A stretch of DNA of 64,000 bases from Octopus sinensis (Eukaryota): assembly GCF_006345805.1 (NCBI RefSeq), contig NC_042998.1, forward strand, positions 184,884,001-184,948,000, written 5' to 3'. Of the stretch, positions 11,477 through 24,089 are shown in pieces. Made by a program: the position numbers and the translations under genes. The notes below the pieces were generated by a model that saw only the letters and a list, made by a program, of their open reading frames with translations, was not told the DNA's origin and did no database searches. The stretch's first letter is position 1; every line of letters begins with the position of its first letter.

Positions 11477-12177
11477 ATACGACGATGATGAAGAGGAATG
11501 CAACGACGATGGTGATGAAGTGGGGACGGTGACGACAACAACGATGACGACGTCGACGATGATGATGCTGCTGCTGCTGATGAAGATGAGAATGACAATG
11601 ACGACGATGAGAACGAGAACGAGAACGACGAATATGGTTACGTTGTTGTTGTTGTTATGATGGTGGTGGGGTGCGGGGTGGGTGCAGGAGTGATGGTCCT
11701 GATGGTGGTGGTCATGGTGTCATGCTAGTGATTATTATTATTTATTATTATTGTTAGCATTAGCAACACCAACGAAAACGACTTCAAGGAGGAGGAGGAG
11801 GAAGAAGAAGTGAGAATGAGAATGAGAAGAAGAAGAATGACAAGAAGAAGAAGAAGAAGAAAAAGAAGAAGAAGAAGAAGAAGAAGAAAAAGAAGAAGAA
11901 AAAGAAAAAGAAGAAGAAAAAGAAGAAGAAGAAGAAATAGAAGAAATAGAAGAAGTAGAAGAAGTAGAAAAAGAAGAAGTAGAAAAAGAAGAAGAAGTAA
12001 AGAAAAAGAAGAAGACGACGACGACGGACGACGACTACGAAGAATAAAAGAGAAAGAATAAGAAGAAGAATGAGAAGAAGAATGAAGAAGAGAATGAGAA
12101 GATAAGAAGAGAAGAAGAAGAAGAAGAAGAAGAAGAAGAAGAAGAAGAAGAAGAAGAAGAAGAAGAAGAAGAAGAAG
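11275..12177. repeat. Compound (GAT)n/(GAC)n/(GAA)n trinucleotide block
   Basis: Degenerate gat, gac and gaa arrays; source of the poly-M/D/R/S ORFs. Confidence 0.9.
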
Positions 12178-12815
12178 GAAACCGTGCAGTGTATGTAGGG
12201 TTCGGGAGATCAAACCGTTCCAATACATGAAGCTTCACTTCCATGAGCTCATTGTATCGCTGTAAGTGGCAACAAGAATTCTAGCGGAGATGTATGGATG
12301 TGATTAGAAATAAGAAAGGTGATGGAGGAATGAGTCTGACGTTGTGAGCGGTGAATATATTGTAACTGTGCTTGCTGCTCGTTGGAAGCTGCTGGGATTG
12401 TGAAAAGGCCTTTGCATAGATGAAATCTGTAGATGTGAGAAATTAGAAATACCGGCATGTGTGTGTGGGCGTGTGTGTGTGTGAGCTGGTGTGTGTGTGT
12501 GTGTGTGTGGTGTGTGTATTGTTGTGTGTGTGTGTGTGTGTGTAATTAGGGTGTCGCAGTGCGCATGTGCATTTTCAAGATTCAATGGAAAGTCACACGC
12601 ACTATTATGTATGTATGTTGTATGTATGTATGTATGCGTGTGTGTGTATGTATGTGTTTACGTATGGGTGGATGGATGCGTGTGTGCATATGGGTGATTG
12701 TATCTATATGTGTATTTATGTGTGTATGCATGGTATCACTTGTGTATAATAATTTGAATTTTCTACGTCTATTTTATTTTTATGTACCTTGATTGCTCGT
12801 AGTTTATCACACATA

Positions 12816-12857
<42 letters not shown>

Positions 12858-12997
12858 ATATAATATATTATATATATATAATATATAGACGCAATATACA
12901 CATAATATATCAACATACACATGCGTATACATACGCATATTACATGTTTTGATATATATATATTCATACATTCATGCATGCATTAAAATAGACAGAC

Positions 12998-13055
<58 letters not shown>

Positions 13056-13329
13056 GTTTACTGTACTCACACAATGTGATGTATATCGTCGATTTATAGG
13101 TATGTTTAAGCGTATGAACAAGATTACGAGTGAACGTTTCACAAAGTGTTAAATATTTGTGAGATAATAACAACTTCAATAACATCTGTAATGTGACGTT
13201 AGCAGGCATCAACTCTAACCCAGGTTGACATGTTTGTAGACCTCTACAGATGCATACAGGTGCCATTCTGAATGTTAATTGGTCATAATTAATTCTATTC
13301 TCATATCTTTACATGTTCAATAAACTTAG

Positions 13330-13419
13330 CATCTGAACTTCGTTTAAAGGAATTTGAGCAACTTATGCCTTCGATAGTCGAACAATACAGACAAAGAAAT
13401 CTTCGTGTAACAGACACTT
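13330..13419 (+). CDS. Candidate isolated coding exon (90 nt, phase 1/1; the open frame continues to a stop at 13493)
   Basis: Upstream T-rich tract ending cttag|, donor-like |gtaaga. The peptide SELRLKEFEQLMPSIVEQYRQRNLRVTDT is non-repetitive, but no homolog was recognised. Confidence 0.3.
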
Positions 13420-13629
13420 GTAAGAGGCAATTGAAAGAGCATCAGCATTCTAAAATAATGCATAACACATTATGTGGAGAATGGCAGATATAGAAGTGCA
13501 ATGAATTTTAAATGCCTTATGATATTTTATTTTTATTTCCCTGTATTTTATGTTCGAAGAACAATGCGTCACACCTTGCTTGAAATTCGTTTATTATTGA
13601 TGAAAATAATACCTTTTGCTACAGGCACA

Positions 13630-13760
13630 CGCCTGAAATTTTAGTGGGAGAGGACAAGTCGATTGCATTGCCTCCAGTGCTCAACTGGTACTTTTTTCAT
13701 CGACCCCAAAAGGGTAAAAGGATAAGTCAACCTCGGCGGATTTTGAACTCAGACGGACGA
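13630..13760 (-). mobile_element. SINE family A, decayed
   Basis: Reverse complement of ...aactggtact..catcgacccc..aggataagtcaacctcggcggattttgaactcag. Confidence 0.75.
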
Positions 13761-13880
13761 ATACATTGAAGCTGATTTCCTTGACTCAGCAACTATCAAC
13801 CTCATGTCCATTCTTAATGTATCAAGGCATAATTCTTTGGAAAGAAACTGGCTTCGATAGAACAACTACAGAGGTAACAA

Positions 13881-14270
13881 AGTGAGTTGGCAGAGCCGTT
13901 AGCACGCCGGGCGAAATGCTTAGCGGTATTTCGTCTGCCGCTACGTTCTGAGTTCACATTCCGCAGAGGTCAACTTTGCCTTTCATCCTTTCGGGGTTGA
14001 TTAAATAAGTACCAGTTACTGGGGTCGATATAATCGACTTAATCCATTTGTCTGTACTTGTTTGTCCCCTCTGTGTTTAGCCCCTTGTAGGTAGTAAAGA
14101 AATAGGTATTTCGTCTGCCGCTACGTTCTGAGTTCACATTCCACAGAGGTCAACTTTGCCTTTCATCCTTTCGGGGTCGATAAATTAAGTACCAGTGAAA
14201 TAATGGGGTCGATGTAATTGACTATCCCCCTCCCCCAAATTTCAGGCCTTGTGCCTATAGTAGAAAGGTC
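13881..14270 (+). mobile_element. SINE family A, dimeric (full monomer plus headless second monomer)
   Basis: tRNA-like head, then gcctttcatcctttcggggtcgat..aagtaccag twice; the second unit starts ggtatttcgtctgccg at 14106. Confidence 0.85.
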
Positions 14271-14559
14271 ATTAAATGGGCCATTATTCGATTAAATAAC
14301 AGGTATTCTAAGCTTGATTCTGTTTCTGCAAAGCACCTATATTCTACCTGCAGGAGGCAATCGTTGCTACCGTTTATACTGAAAGTTAACAGTCTTAGTT
14401 GCCATAGATTTAACAGAAGACAATGAAATTTCCAGATTAGTTTCCTCTCCTTCCGTTAATTTTGTACCGAATGAAGAATAAGCAATAAATGCAATACAAA
14501 ACTATTTATTTATAGACAAGAAATAATCTGTAGGCATAATTCTCCCCTTCGACTACCAG

Positions 14560-14613
<54 letters not shown>

Positions 14614-14672
14614 CACACATAAACACACATGTACACGCACGCACGCACTCATTCACACACGCACACACACAC

Positions 14673-14731
<59 letters not shown>

Positions 14732-14942
14732 TACATGATGATTGTTTCATCTTTTCAGATGACAGCCGTCTCACTTTCAGCTTGATTGTTCTGATATACT
14801 TTCATCTTTACATGTGCGGGTATATCCATCGTTATAGGATTTTATAAAATACAAAACGGATCAAGAAATAAAATGATAGTGAGACATCTAAACGTTATTG
14901 GATATATAAGATCATATACTACCAATATTTCAAACATAAACA

Positions 14943-15080
14943 GGTGGCGAGCTGGCAGAATCGTTAGCACTCCGAACAAAATGCTTAGCGGCATTTTATC
15001 TGTCTCTACATTCTGAGTTCAAAATCCGTCGAGGTCGACTTTAGCTTTCATCCTTTCAAAGTCGATAAAATAAGTACCTC
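14943..15080 (+). mobile_element. SINE family A, 3'-truncated
   Basis: ggtggcgagctggcagaatcgttagcac...gtcgataaaataagtacc. Confidence 0.8.
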
Positions 15081-15207
15081 TTGAGTACCAAATCAAGAAT
15101 AAGCAATAAATGCAATACAAAACTATTTATAGACAAGAAATAATCTGTAGGCATAACTCATCCTCTTTGACTACCAGTCTATCTACACAAACACACACAT
15201 TCACACG

Positions 15208-15238
<31 letters not shown>

Positions 15239-15479
15239 ACATATATATACACAAACACGCCATACACACAAAAGAGGAATTATCTGCAATGCCCCCTTAA
15301 CACAACACACAGAACGATGCAAAACAAGGCATAAATACTCAAGAAGCACTCATAAGCTGCAATACACATAACTAACTCAAGTGATATATTAAATTTATCA
15401 CGGATTATAGCAATTCCGTTTTAGCCTTAAATTTCTCCACATTAAATCAAGGCAAAGGAAGACGAACATAACAGCTTTT

Positions 15480-15686
15480 ATTTTTTTACTTGTTTCAGTC
15501 ATTGGACTGCAGCCTTGTTGGGGCACTGATTTGAAGGGGTTTATTGAAAAAAATAAACCCTAGTACTGATGTTTTTATTATGTTTTTAAGTACTTATTCT
15601 ATCGGTACGTTTTGCCAAACAAACAGTTCGTGGAGGCGTAAAACCAGCATTGGTTGTCAAGCGGTGAGTGGGGGGACAAAAACAGG

Positions 15687-15721
<35 letters not shown>

Positions 15722-15890
15722 GAATACACGCATGCACATGCACATATATAGGACGGGTTTCCACAGTTTCCGTCAACCATGTTCGGTCACAAGACATTGG
15801 TCAGCCCTGACCTATACTAGAAAATACTTGCCAAAGTGCTGCGCAGTCGGACTGAATCAGAAGCCACATGGTCGCAAACCGAGCTTCTTA
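15480..15890 (-). mobile_element. SINE family B, decayed
   Basis: Tail tttttacttgtttcagtcattggactgcagcc, plus body and head, in reverse orientation. Confidence 0.75.
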
Positions 15891-16508
15891 ATATACTCTA
15901 TATTGAACTTCGCTTCTCCACACGCATATATCCAGACTATACTCACCGACAACATGTACAATGACATAATAATACCCTCAAATGAAATGCCATCTTCAAT
16001 GTTTGTTTGTTAACGTACGAATTTTTCACTTGTTAAATTCCTCTTCAGTCATACAACACTTCTAGAAAGTACTGGACACCATAAAACCACCATCCCGAAA
16101 ACACTGCCTCAGAAAAAAAATGTATAAAAATACACACACACACAAATAGTTGCGGTATTTATAACATCCTTAGCTCTAAATATTGTACTGAGATGCATAC
16201 GACCAGAGAAATACGATGCAGAACGTATCTTTAATAGTTGTTGAAATGAGACCGAGCCTTCCTGACAAGGGAGAACACCAGAAACTAGATGTAAACATGA
16301 ACAGACTGAGCTACCGGAGGCAAGTTAACACAGACTTACTTCAATACTCTAACCGTACGATAAACCATTGTATGTCAAGATCTAACGTGTTATTTGATTA
16401 TGCGGAGTTATGCCATATCTCGATCGCTAAATCTGTTCATCGCGCCTTGTCGTTTGGCTAACCGAGCTGCTCCACCAGGATTTACTAGCAGAGCAGAAAC
16501 AGGAACAG

Positions 16509-16707
16509 CAGCAGCAGCCGATCAAGAACTTGGACCTGGAGATCTCCATTTCCAGCGACTTCGAGGGCCACCTCCCAGTGGTGTCGGGCGTCAACGAAGA
16601 GCCCTCAGCTACAACAAGACGACCAAAGTTTTTTTTTCCAAGGTCTGGGGTCACCCGCTCCTAAGCCCTAGACCATCACCTAATCACCCTTACCCGTCTT
16701 GTTGCTT

Positions 16708-16709
<2 letters not shown>
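16509..16709 (+). other. Unidentified coding-like module, copy B
   Basis: Paralog of 6561-6762 with a 1-nt deletion after the T9 run; preceded in frame by LTELLHQDLLAEQKQEQ. Confidence 0.5.
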
Positions 16710-16747
<38 letters not shown>

Positions 16748-18060
16748 GCAGCAGCAACAACAACAACAACAACAATAGCGAGAAAGACTTTAATTAAAGA
16801 GGGAAGTCCAATATTTGATCTTGAAAGCCTGGGTTAACATCTGGGGAAAATACATCAAGGGAGCGTTTTATAAATACAGTAAGGTCTTATATATTTAATG
16901 TAACGGACAGAAAAATTTTAATTAACTGAGATTATCCATGCAATTAGTAGACACAAACTCCTCCTAGACTGTCTAAAATCTAAAATGACAACAAAACTGA
17001 GTTAATTGAAGCTTTTCTCCCCATTATATTAAATATATGAGACATTACTGAACGTATACAATAATTGGTCCACTCAGTCATTACGCGCCGACCGTACATT
17101 TATATTTGCTTAAGTGTTGTTTTGATAGTATTTAGTATTTCCAAGAAGAGTAACAAAACAAAACAAAAACAAAGGATTCGTTTAGTTTTTAATTACAAGA
17201 CCATCATTATTGTTTTACGCAAGTTGATTAGATTTACACACGAAAGATTTTATTGTGGTTACAATCGTTTGAAAGCCACAAATGAATAATTACATGTATA
17301 AGGTCAGCTTCTTTCTTATCTAAAAAACAAAAAGTCTCATTAACTATCCACCTAAGCATTATTCACTCTAAGAATCAAAGAAGGAACTTCTAAGGGGCTT
17401 CTATTGGTCACTCGACCTACTAGAAATAGCAGCCCATTCCATTTCAGCTGACGACTTGAATACCTTGAATCTTAGGTCACCTCAGTTAGGGTTCCCTACG
17501 GACTATAAGCAACAACTTAGACGCTTTAAAAAGAAATCTACTATAGAGAGTAAAACTACAGTTTTAAACCCACTTTGGGGGTGTAGATAGATATAAATAC
17601 AGCTTTCTATTCTTTTCACGTACGGAAATGTAATGTGCCCGAAATAAGGTGTGCGAAGATATTATAAAGTTGTATTTACATTTCTTTACATGACATAGTG
17701 TAAGTAACGGAAACTGCAGTCTGAGATGTATTTCTTGAGAAATTCTTAAAGATTTTGGTTCGAGCCTAGTTCCATTTTTCTCTTGTGTTTCATAATGTCT
17801 TCTTTCAGCTATTATATTCCTTTTACCTCCACTTACATTCCTTCATTATTCTCTCTCATATTTTATTTCTTCTCTTCCTCCACCTCTCTCTGCATAATTG
17901 TATATTCTTCTCACTTTTTCTCAACCGAGCTCTATCACTACCTCTTTCCTTAATTTCCCAGTGTCTACCCCACCTTACACTTTGAAACCATACAGAAATT
18001 TCTCTCTCTCTCTTTCTCACCCACACTCTCTCTCACACACACTCACTCATACACACACAC

Positions 18061-18131
<71 letters not shown>

Positions 18132-18136
18132 GTCTG

Positions 18137-18221
<85 letters not shown>

Positions 18222-20316
18222 ATGGTTGTCTCTCTGTCTATCCTTCTATCTTTGTCACTCTCTATATCATTGTCTCATTGACTCTCCATATCTATGTTAT
18301 TTTATCACATTACCGCTCTAATTCCCTCGTTTCTTTTCTGCTTCTCTCTATCCTCGCTACTGATACCTTTCGCACTGTTTTTTTCCGTCATACCATTTAT
18401 TTCATCGTCTGCTTGAATGATTGTCACACAAACTGATGACTGTTGATTTCCTCTTTCTCTCCTCCTCTCTCTCTCTTTCATTCTCCCCCACTTTGTCAAT
18501 CTCCCGCCTGTCTGTTTATCTATTTAATTTACCTCACTTTGTAATATAATATTTGTCTTTCTTTCAGGTGAGTTATAGTTTCTTTTTCCTTCTTCCTAGC
18601 TATATGAAATAAGTATCAACAGTAACACATCGATACTGTCTATAGCCTTGCTTATCGGAATTTCCGCTTTTACCTAATCGACAGAAATTATTACTGTATC
18701 TCCTGCTCAACTCCGTAGAAAAAGAAACAAACACTTTTTGAGCCGGTTTCGCGACTAGCTTTCAATTTGACCAAAGATATTTCACTTTTTCAATACCATT
18801 GATACTTTTGAATTAGACGTCACTACATTATGTTTCTTATGCTCTTTAAACAATACATTATATACTGATTTTGAAATAATAAATTATCAAGTCCTCTGTT
18901 ATTGACAAGTACTGTAAAACAAACAGCAATCGGTAAGTGAGTTTATGATTGAAACCATCCTCATTCTCAATTAATATGCAGGCCTTTACCTGACTAAGTT
19001 TTCATTACTATTTCAGTGAAATGTCACAGATAACAGGGTGCCAGCCTAAATGTTGAATGGTATCTATTCGAAAATCCAAGTACTAATTTTTAACCTCTTA
19101 CTCGTCGACTATATCTCCACAGTTCCCATTTAAGCAAATTCCACTCACAAGGTACTGGTCACTCCGAGGCTACAGTAAATGACACCTGTCCAAGGTGTCA
19201 CATTATATAATCAAATCTGGAATCATCCGGTCGTAAAATGTATCGTAACCACACACCCCTCGGTTTCTCTTTTTCTTGCAATTGTCAGTCATATCAAATC
19301 CAATAAGATAATAGAATCGATTAATTGACTGAATTATTGGCTATATTGATTACATTAGACGTTTTGGAGTTTGACCAACACACGTCAAACGTAACTTAAT
19401 TTATAGTAAAACAGAAAAAAACAAGTTAGAAACTTCATAGCAACTAAAGTTCTTAAACACTGATCTTGGAGTTTTGAATACTTTGAAATTCGTCCAATTC
19501 TTTATTGCTCCAGAGATATAACTAGCAATAAGATAGTTACATCGAATATATGTATTCCTCTTAAGAATTGCCAATGTTTTGATAAATAATCTCTGAGTAT
19601 ATGCAGAACTTGTTTCAAGTGGACCAAGTCTTCAACTTATTTCTATTAACAGTTGTAATCTTTTACTTAGCTTACTAATATCCTTGTGAAATACATAAGC
19701 TTCACATATTCCCAGATTCGTTCTACGCTAATATCTGATTCTACATGGGGTTTTATCTTTAGAGATGAACGAACACCACAATTTCCTTTTCACATCTATA
19801 AATGTGAGAAGTTATTTCGAAATTAATATAGCAACCCGGTGCAGCATACCAGATACTGAAATGTATCACCAAGCAAATTGCGGTTTTATATCTCTGATTT
19901 CAAATCTTGTATGGTCACAAATAGATTTTCTTTTACATTGATTATTTTTACCATAACGCTACCCTTTTGAAATAAAAAAATCTAGGCCTATCAAATTAAT
20001 CTAGTGTTGTACGTAATCTAACAGTTATTTGAGATTATTTTCTAATCTTTCCGCTTTGACAGCGTTTCAGATATACAAGTTTGCAAGTTTATAACTCTTC
20101 TTTCAGCTGTTTCTATGGTGCTTTCTTATATTTTGGTACAAAGAGTGGAATATCGAATGCGCAAATTAGAAAAAAAATGATCATTTTTACAAAATTTGCC
20201 AATGTAATTTGCATATGTCAATACATAGGTGTTTTTTTTTTCAGCTGCAGAATAAATTGATAGATAGATAGAAAGATAGGTAGATAGATCGATAGATAGA
20301 TAGATAGATAGATAGC

Positions 20317-20395
<79 letters not shown>

Positions 20396-21879
20396 GAATA
20401 AATAAAAAGGTAAATAACTTGTTCTGTTACAAAACAACAGTTTTAAGCGGACCAGATTGATGAACGAATAGCGGAATGCGATGGCAGCGAAAGGTTTGTA
20501 ATTAACTTGATATATTTTTTCTACTCAGCTTTGTTTCCATTTATCAGCAACCGATAAACAAAGACCAGAAAGAAAGAGAAAGAGAAGGTTGTAAGAAATA
20601 TGTTGTAGTAAAGAGAAAGAGGTATTGTAGAATACAGAATGAAGTTTTGGTCAGTCGATGCAATGACGGATGGGCTTGAACTTATTACTAAAAACTGTCA
20701 CCGATTACACCAGTTCGCAGAGATGTTGCTTCCTCTTGCTGAGTTTGACGCGCGTTTTCCTAATAAATTTCCATTGAGAGCAGCCGATAAAGTTTTTTCG
20801 AAGGAAGATAAGATGCATGGTTGAAACACAGCTGTCTAGAATGAAAGAAATATCTTCTGTAAACGATAAAAGAACAAAATAAATAAATAATTAAATAAAT
20901 ATATAAATAAATAACATCTATTTTGTGGTGTCAATCAAAATGGTTCTTCCATTTTACTGTGATTTATTTCATTACAAATTTAATGTTACTTGCAATTTCA
21001 AATACCCTATCAAGTATTGTTTTTTAATATCATTTAAATACCTTGGGTTTTACGATAAGATTGATTATTCCTAAATAAAACGTAACTTTAATTTATCTTT
21101 TGCTTGTAAAGTTTTCCTATATATTACGCCTTTATTTTCTTTTGTTTTAAACAACACTTAGATTGCAGAGACTTGGTTAGCCGTGTGAATAAAGCATAAA
21201 ACTACGGATTGATGGGTCAACGTCCGAATCCAAGGACACTAGTGAAAGTTAACAACAACTAGTTCATAGATGAGTTTGCTAAGTTCAGTTGCCACAAGGA
21301 GTGGAGAATACAATTTTTGAGGCTCCTTACACTTCGTGTGAGAGAAAAAGAATGAGCAAAAGAAAGAGATACTGCTGTTGCTTGGGCATTACTTAGTTCA
21401 CGCCTTTTAGCAGGGTGTCAACTAAATAACAAAAGGCTGCTCCAGTACTTAATGTCAGATCAGGGACTTCAACCATATTAATCTACCTTTTCACTGGGAT
21501 TTTGAGTTAGTGAATAAGTTTTAACTGCGGGCTGTAGTAATTTTACAAAGACTGACTGACTGAAAGAATGAAAGAAAGGAAGAAAAAAAGACTCATATAT
21601 GGGAATGTAAATACTTGAGTATATAACTGTTTGCTGTACATGGTATTTGTAAGTTTACGTATAGTGAAACTATCGATGCAAAATCAATTGTGCTGTTATG
21701 ATAAACAATTTCTCTTCTGTCATATGACTGCTACTTTTTGCCATAGAATGAAAAGTAGTGAGTTGAGACAAGATTTCTTAGTTTAAATGTATTCAAACAA
21801 GAACGACTTAACACCACTTACTTGCTGATCATATGATAAATTTTGTCATTCTTGCTTCATGCAAGGATTTGTAGATTTT

Positions 21880-22490
21880 GAATAGATTGTATATAAGGGA
21901 GAGGGAAACCATTCGAAATATATTATAGATTGTGTAGATCTGAAAAGAAACAGGTGCCTCGGAAAACCTGATTTATGTTATAATATTCTCGGGCTAAGGT
22001 GGCGAGCTGGCAGACTCGTTAGCACGCCGGGCGAAATGCGTAGCCGTATTTCGTCTGCCGTTACGTTCTGAGTTCAAATTCCGCCGAGGTCGACTTTGCC
22101 TTTCATCCTTTCGGGGTCGATAAATTAAGTACCAGTTACGCACTTAATGTAATCGACTTAATCCGTTTGTCCGTTCTTGTTTGTCCCCTCTGTGTTTAGC
22201 CCCTTGTTGGTAGTAAAGAAATATATAAGATGCTCGGGCTGTCACCAGAATTACATAGGGTCCACGGGATTATCGCTCAAACACAGATGCAATCTGCATC
22301 GACAGCAGATTGCATTCCCAGAATACAGAATGATACCCTTTAGTGAACACATTGACAGATGCACAAAACAACTGTAATCTTTCCATTTTATCAATGTGCT
22401 ATTGGAACACCAACACAAGTTAGATTAAATAAGGAAACCTACTTCAATGAAAAATATAAGCCAAAACTTAACCATTACTAGCATTTTTAA
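21880..22490 (+). pseudogene. Penelope-like element GIY-YIG endonuclease remnant, interrupted by a SINE
   Basis: Removing the SINE restores ASENLIYVIRCSGCHQNYIGSTGLSLKHRCNLHRQQI...FPFYQC...RLNKETYFNEKYKPKLN. Confidence 0.85.
21998..22223 (+). mobile_element. SINE family A, full monomer with about 17-bp TSD
   Basis: Flanks are tataatattctcgggct and tataagatgctcgggct. Confidence 0.9.
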
Positions 22491-23289
22491 ATAAGGAAAC
22501 TTACCTCATTGAAAAATATAAACCAAAACTTAACCATTTCTAACATTTTATTCTATCAAAACCAAACCGTGTTAAAATAACAAAACCTAATCATTCCCAA
22601 CATTTTTTATTATCTCCCTTATACTGAAAAAAATCCATGATTACCTCGCCCTGTTTCGGACTCTTCTACATCACATCATAACGAACAGATGACACAACAT
22701 CGGTAAAGAAATTTGAGAAATTTGAAAAGAAAATGCGAAACCGGTTATTTCTCCAAAAACAATGTCACTATACACAAAATTTTATATCATTTTCTTAACA
22801 TGACAATTTTAATATATTTTTTAACCATATAATACAAATTTTCTATAGTTTTTCATTCTATTTTTTATACATCCATATATATAGGTATGTGTGTTTATGA
22901 ATATATATGTATGTGTGTATGTGTATGCTCATGCAATTAAAACAATTTTTGGATTTCTAAGGTGTGATCTGAAATAAATATGATTTTCTTAAATAGGTTA
23001 AGGTTAAGACTGTTGTTTTTGAAAGGTTGTTCGTTTTGATGGTTGTGTGTATTATTTTTGATTTCAAGTGTAGTGCTTGTATTGAAGGGTTCTTGTTTGT
23101 TTACATTCATATTTTGGTTGGACTGCTCATTATTTGTGTTGTACATTGTGTAAAATATGTTTTGTTATTAATGAGAGTGATCAGATATTTTTATGCTTAC
23201 GTTATGTTGTTCTATTTGTTATATCAAGCCCAGATATTACTGGGGCACTACCTATCTAGAATTATTTTTATATCTCTTAATGGTCTGAC

Positions 23290-23620
23290 CGTGCTTGTGT
23301 AAACATCTAAGGGCTTATCCGTGTCTTGCATTAATTCATGTGTATTTTGATGTAAATATTTGGTAAAGCTCCTCTATGCATAAGTCGCGTCTATTCCCCA
23401 CTACACAATATGGGTTAGCAGTTCTAATTAGTTCCTAATCGAGAGAATAGCTTTTGTTTTTGTCTTTAATTAACCAAATCAGTTTACTCAGGTTTGTATT
23501 ATTTATTTTTTCCTATTTCTAAAAGAATTTAAATGATTGGCCAGTTCTTTTTTGAAAACAAGAGGGTTGGCCCCTATATAAACATATTCCTTTTCTTCCG
23601 AGGTAACTTTACATCTATAG
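23290..23620 (-). pseudogene. Penelope-like GIY-YIG endonuclease remnant (different subfamily)
   Basis: EEKEYVYIGANPLVFKKELANHLNSF / NTNLSKLIWLIKDKNKSYSLD*ELIRTANPY...DLCIEE fits the PLE endonuclease pattern YIG..FK.R..NH..SF..LSK.IW.LK. Confidence 0.8.
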
Positions 23621-23730
23621 ACCAGGTTCTTAATTTTACATTTTGAGTTTAACAGGCATACTTTATCTCTAAAACAGTTACATAGACGCGTTTATCTATT
23701 TCTATTATCTGTTGTCATTGACTTCACTAG

Positions 23731-23768
23731 ACCATATCCTCCGTCATGGTAGAAGCGAAGAAGCAACG
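23731..23768 (+). CDS. Candidate 38-nt exon
   Basis: Pyrimidine tract ending cactag| and consensus donor |gtgagt; two of three frames are open (HILRHGRSEEAT or TISSVMVEAKKQ). Confidence 0.25.
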
Positions 23769-24089
23769 GTGAGTGCATCGTCCTAGTCAATGAGAGATAG
23801 GCAGCTGCCACCGGACAGGCTGTTCCCAAGAATGCGCGGAAAGTGATACAGGTAGATAATGTGACAATAACGTCAATGGCCGATATAAACCTAAAATACC
23901 CACTCCAGCGTCCTCTTCGTAGTCCATTGTTCTGTAAACAGTTCTATTTGCACAACTATCTGATTACAAACAAGTATGTTCGTTTTTTATATTGGGTGCA
24001 AGGTATTTGATGACACTTTACTGATTTAATAAAACAATTTTATTCTTGCAAAATTCAAATGTACTTTAATTAAGGTTTGTGCATATTTT

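Noticed and set aside
21290-21430. Sm-site-like AATTTTTGAGG plus hairpin, and a nearby GCCTTTTAG resembling U5 loop 1
   Set aside because: The elements are in the wrong order and spacing for U5, and there is no stem-loop I upstream.
21487-21559. Minus-strand 73-nt segment with good acceptor and donor and one open frame
   Set aside because: The acceptor is part of a simple GAAA-type repeat; such sites are expected by chance in this T-rich sequence.
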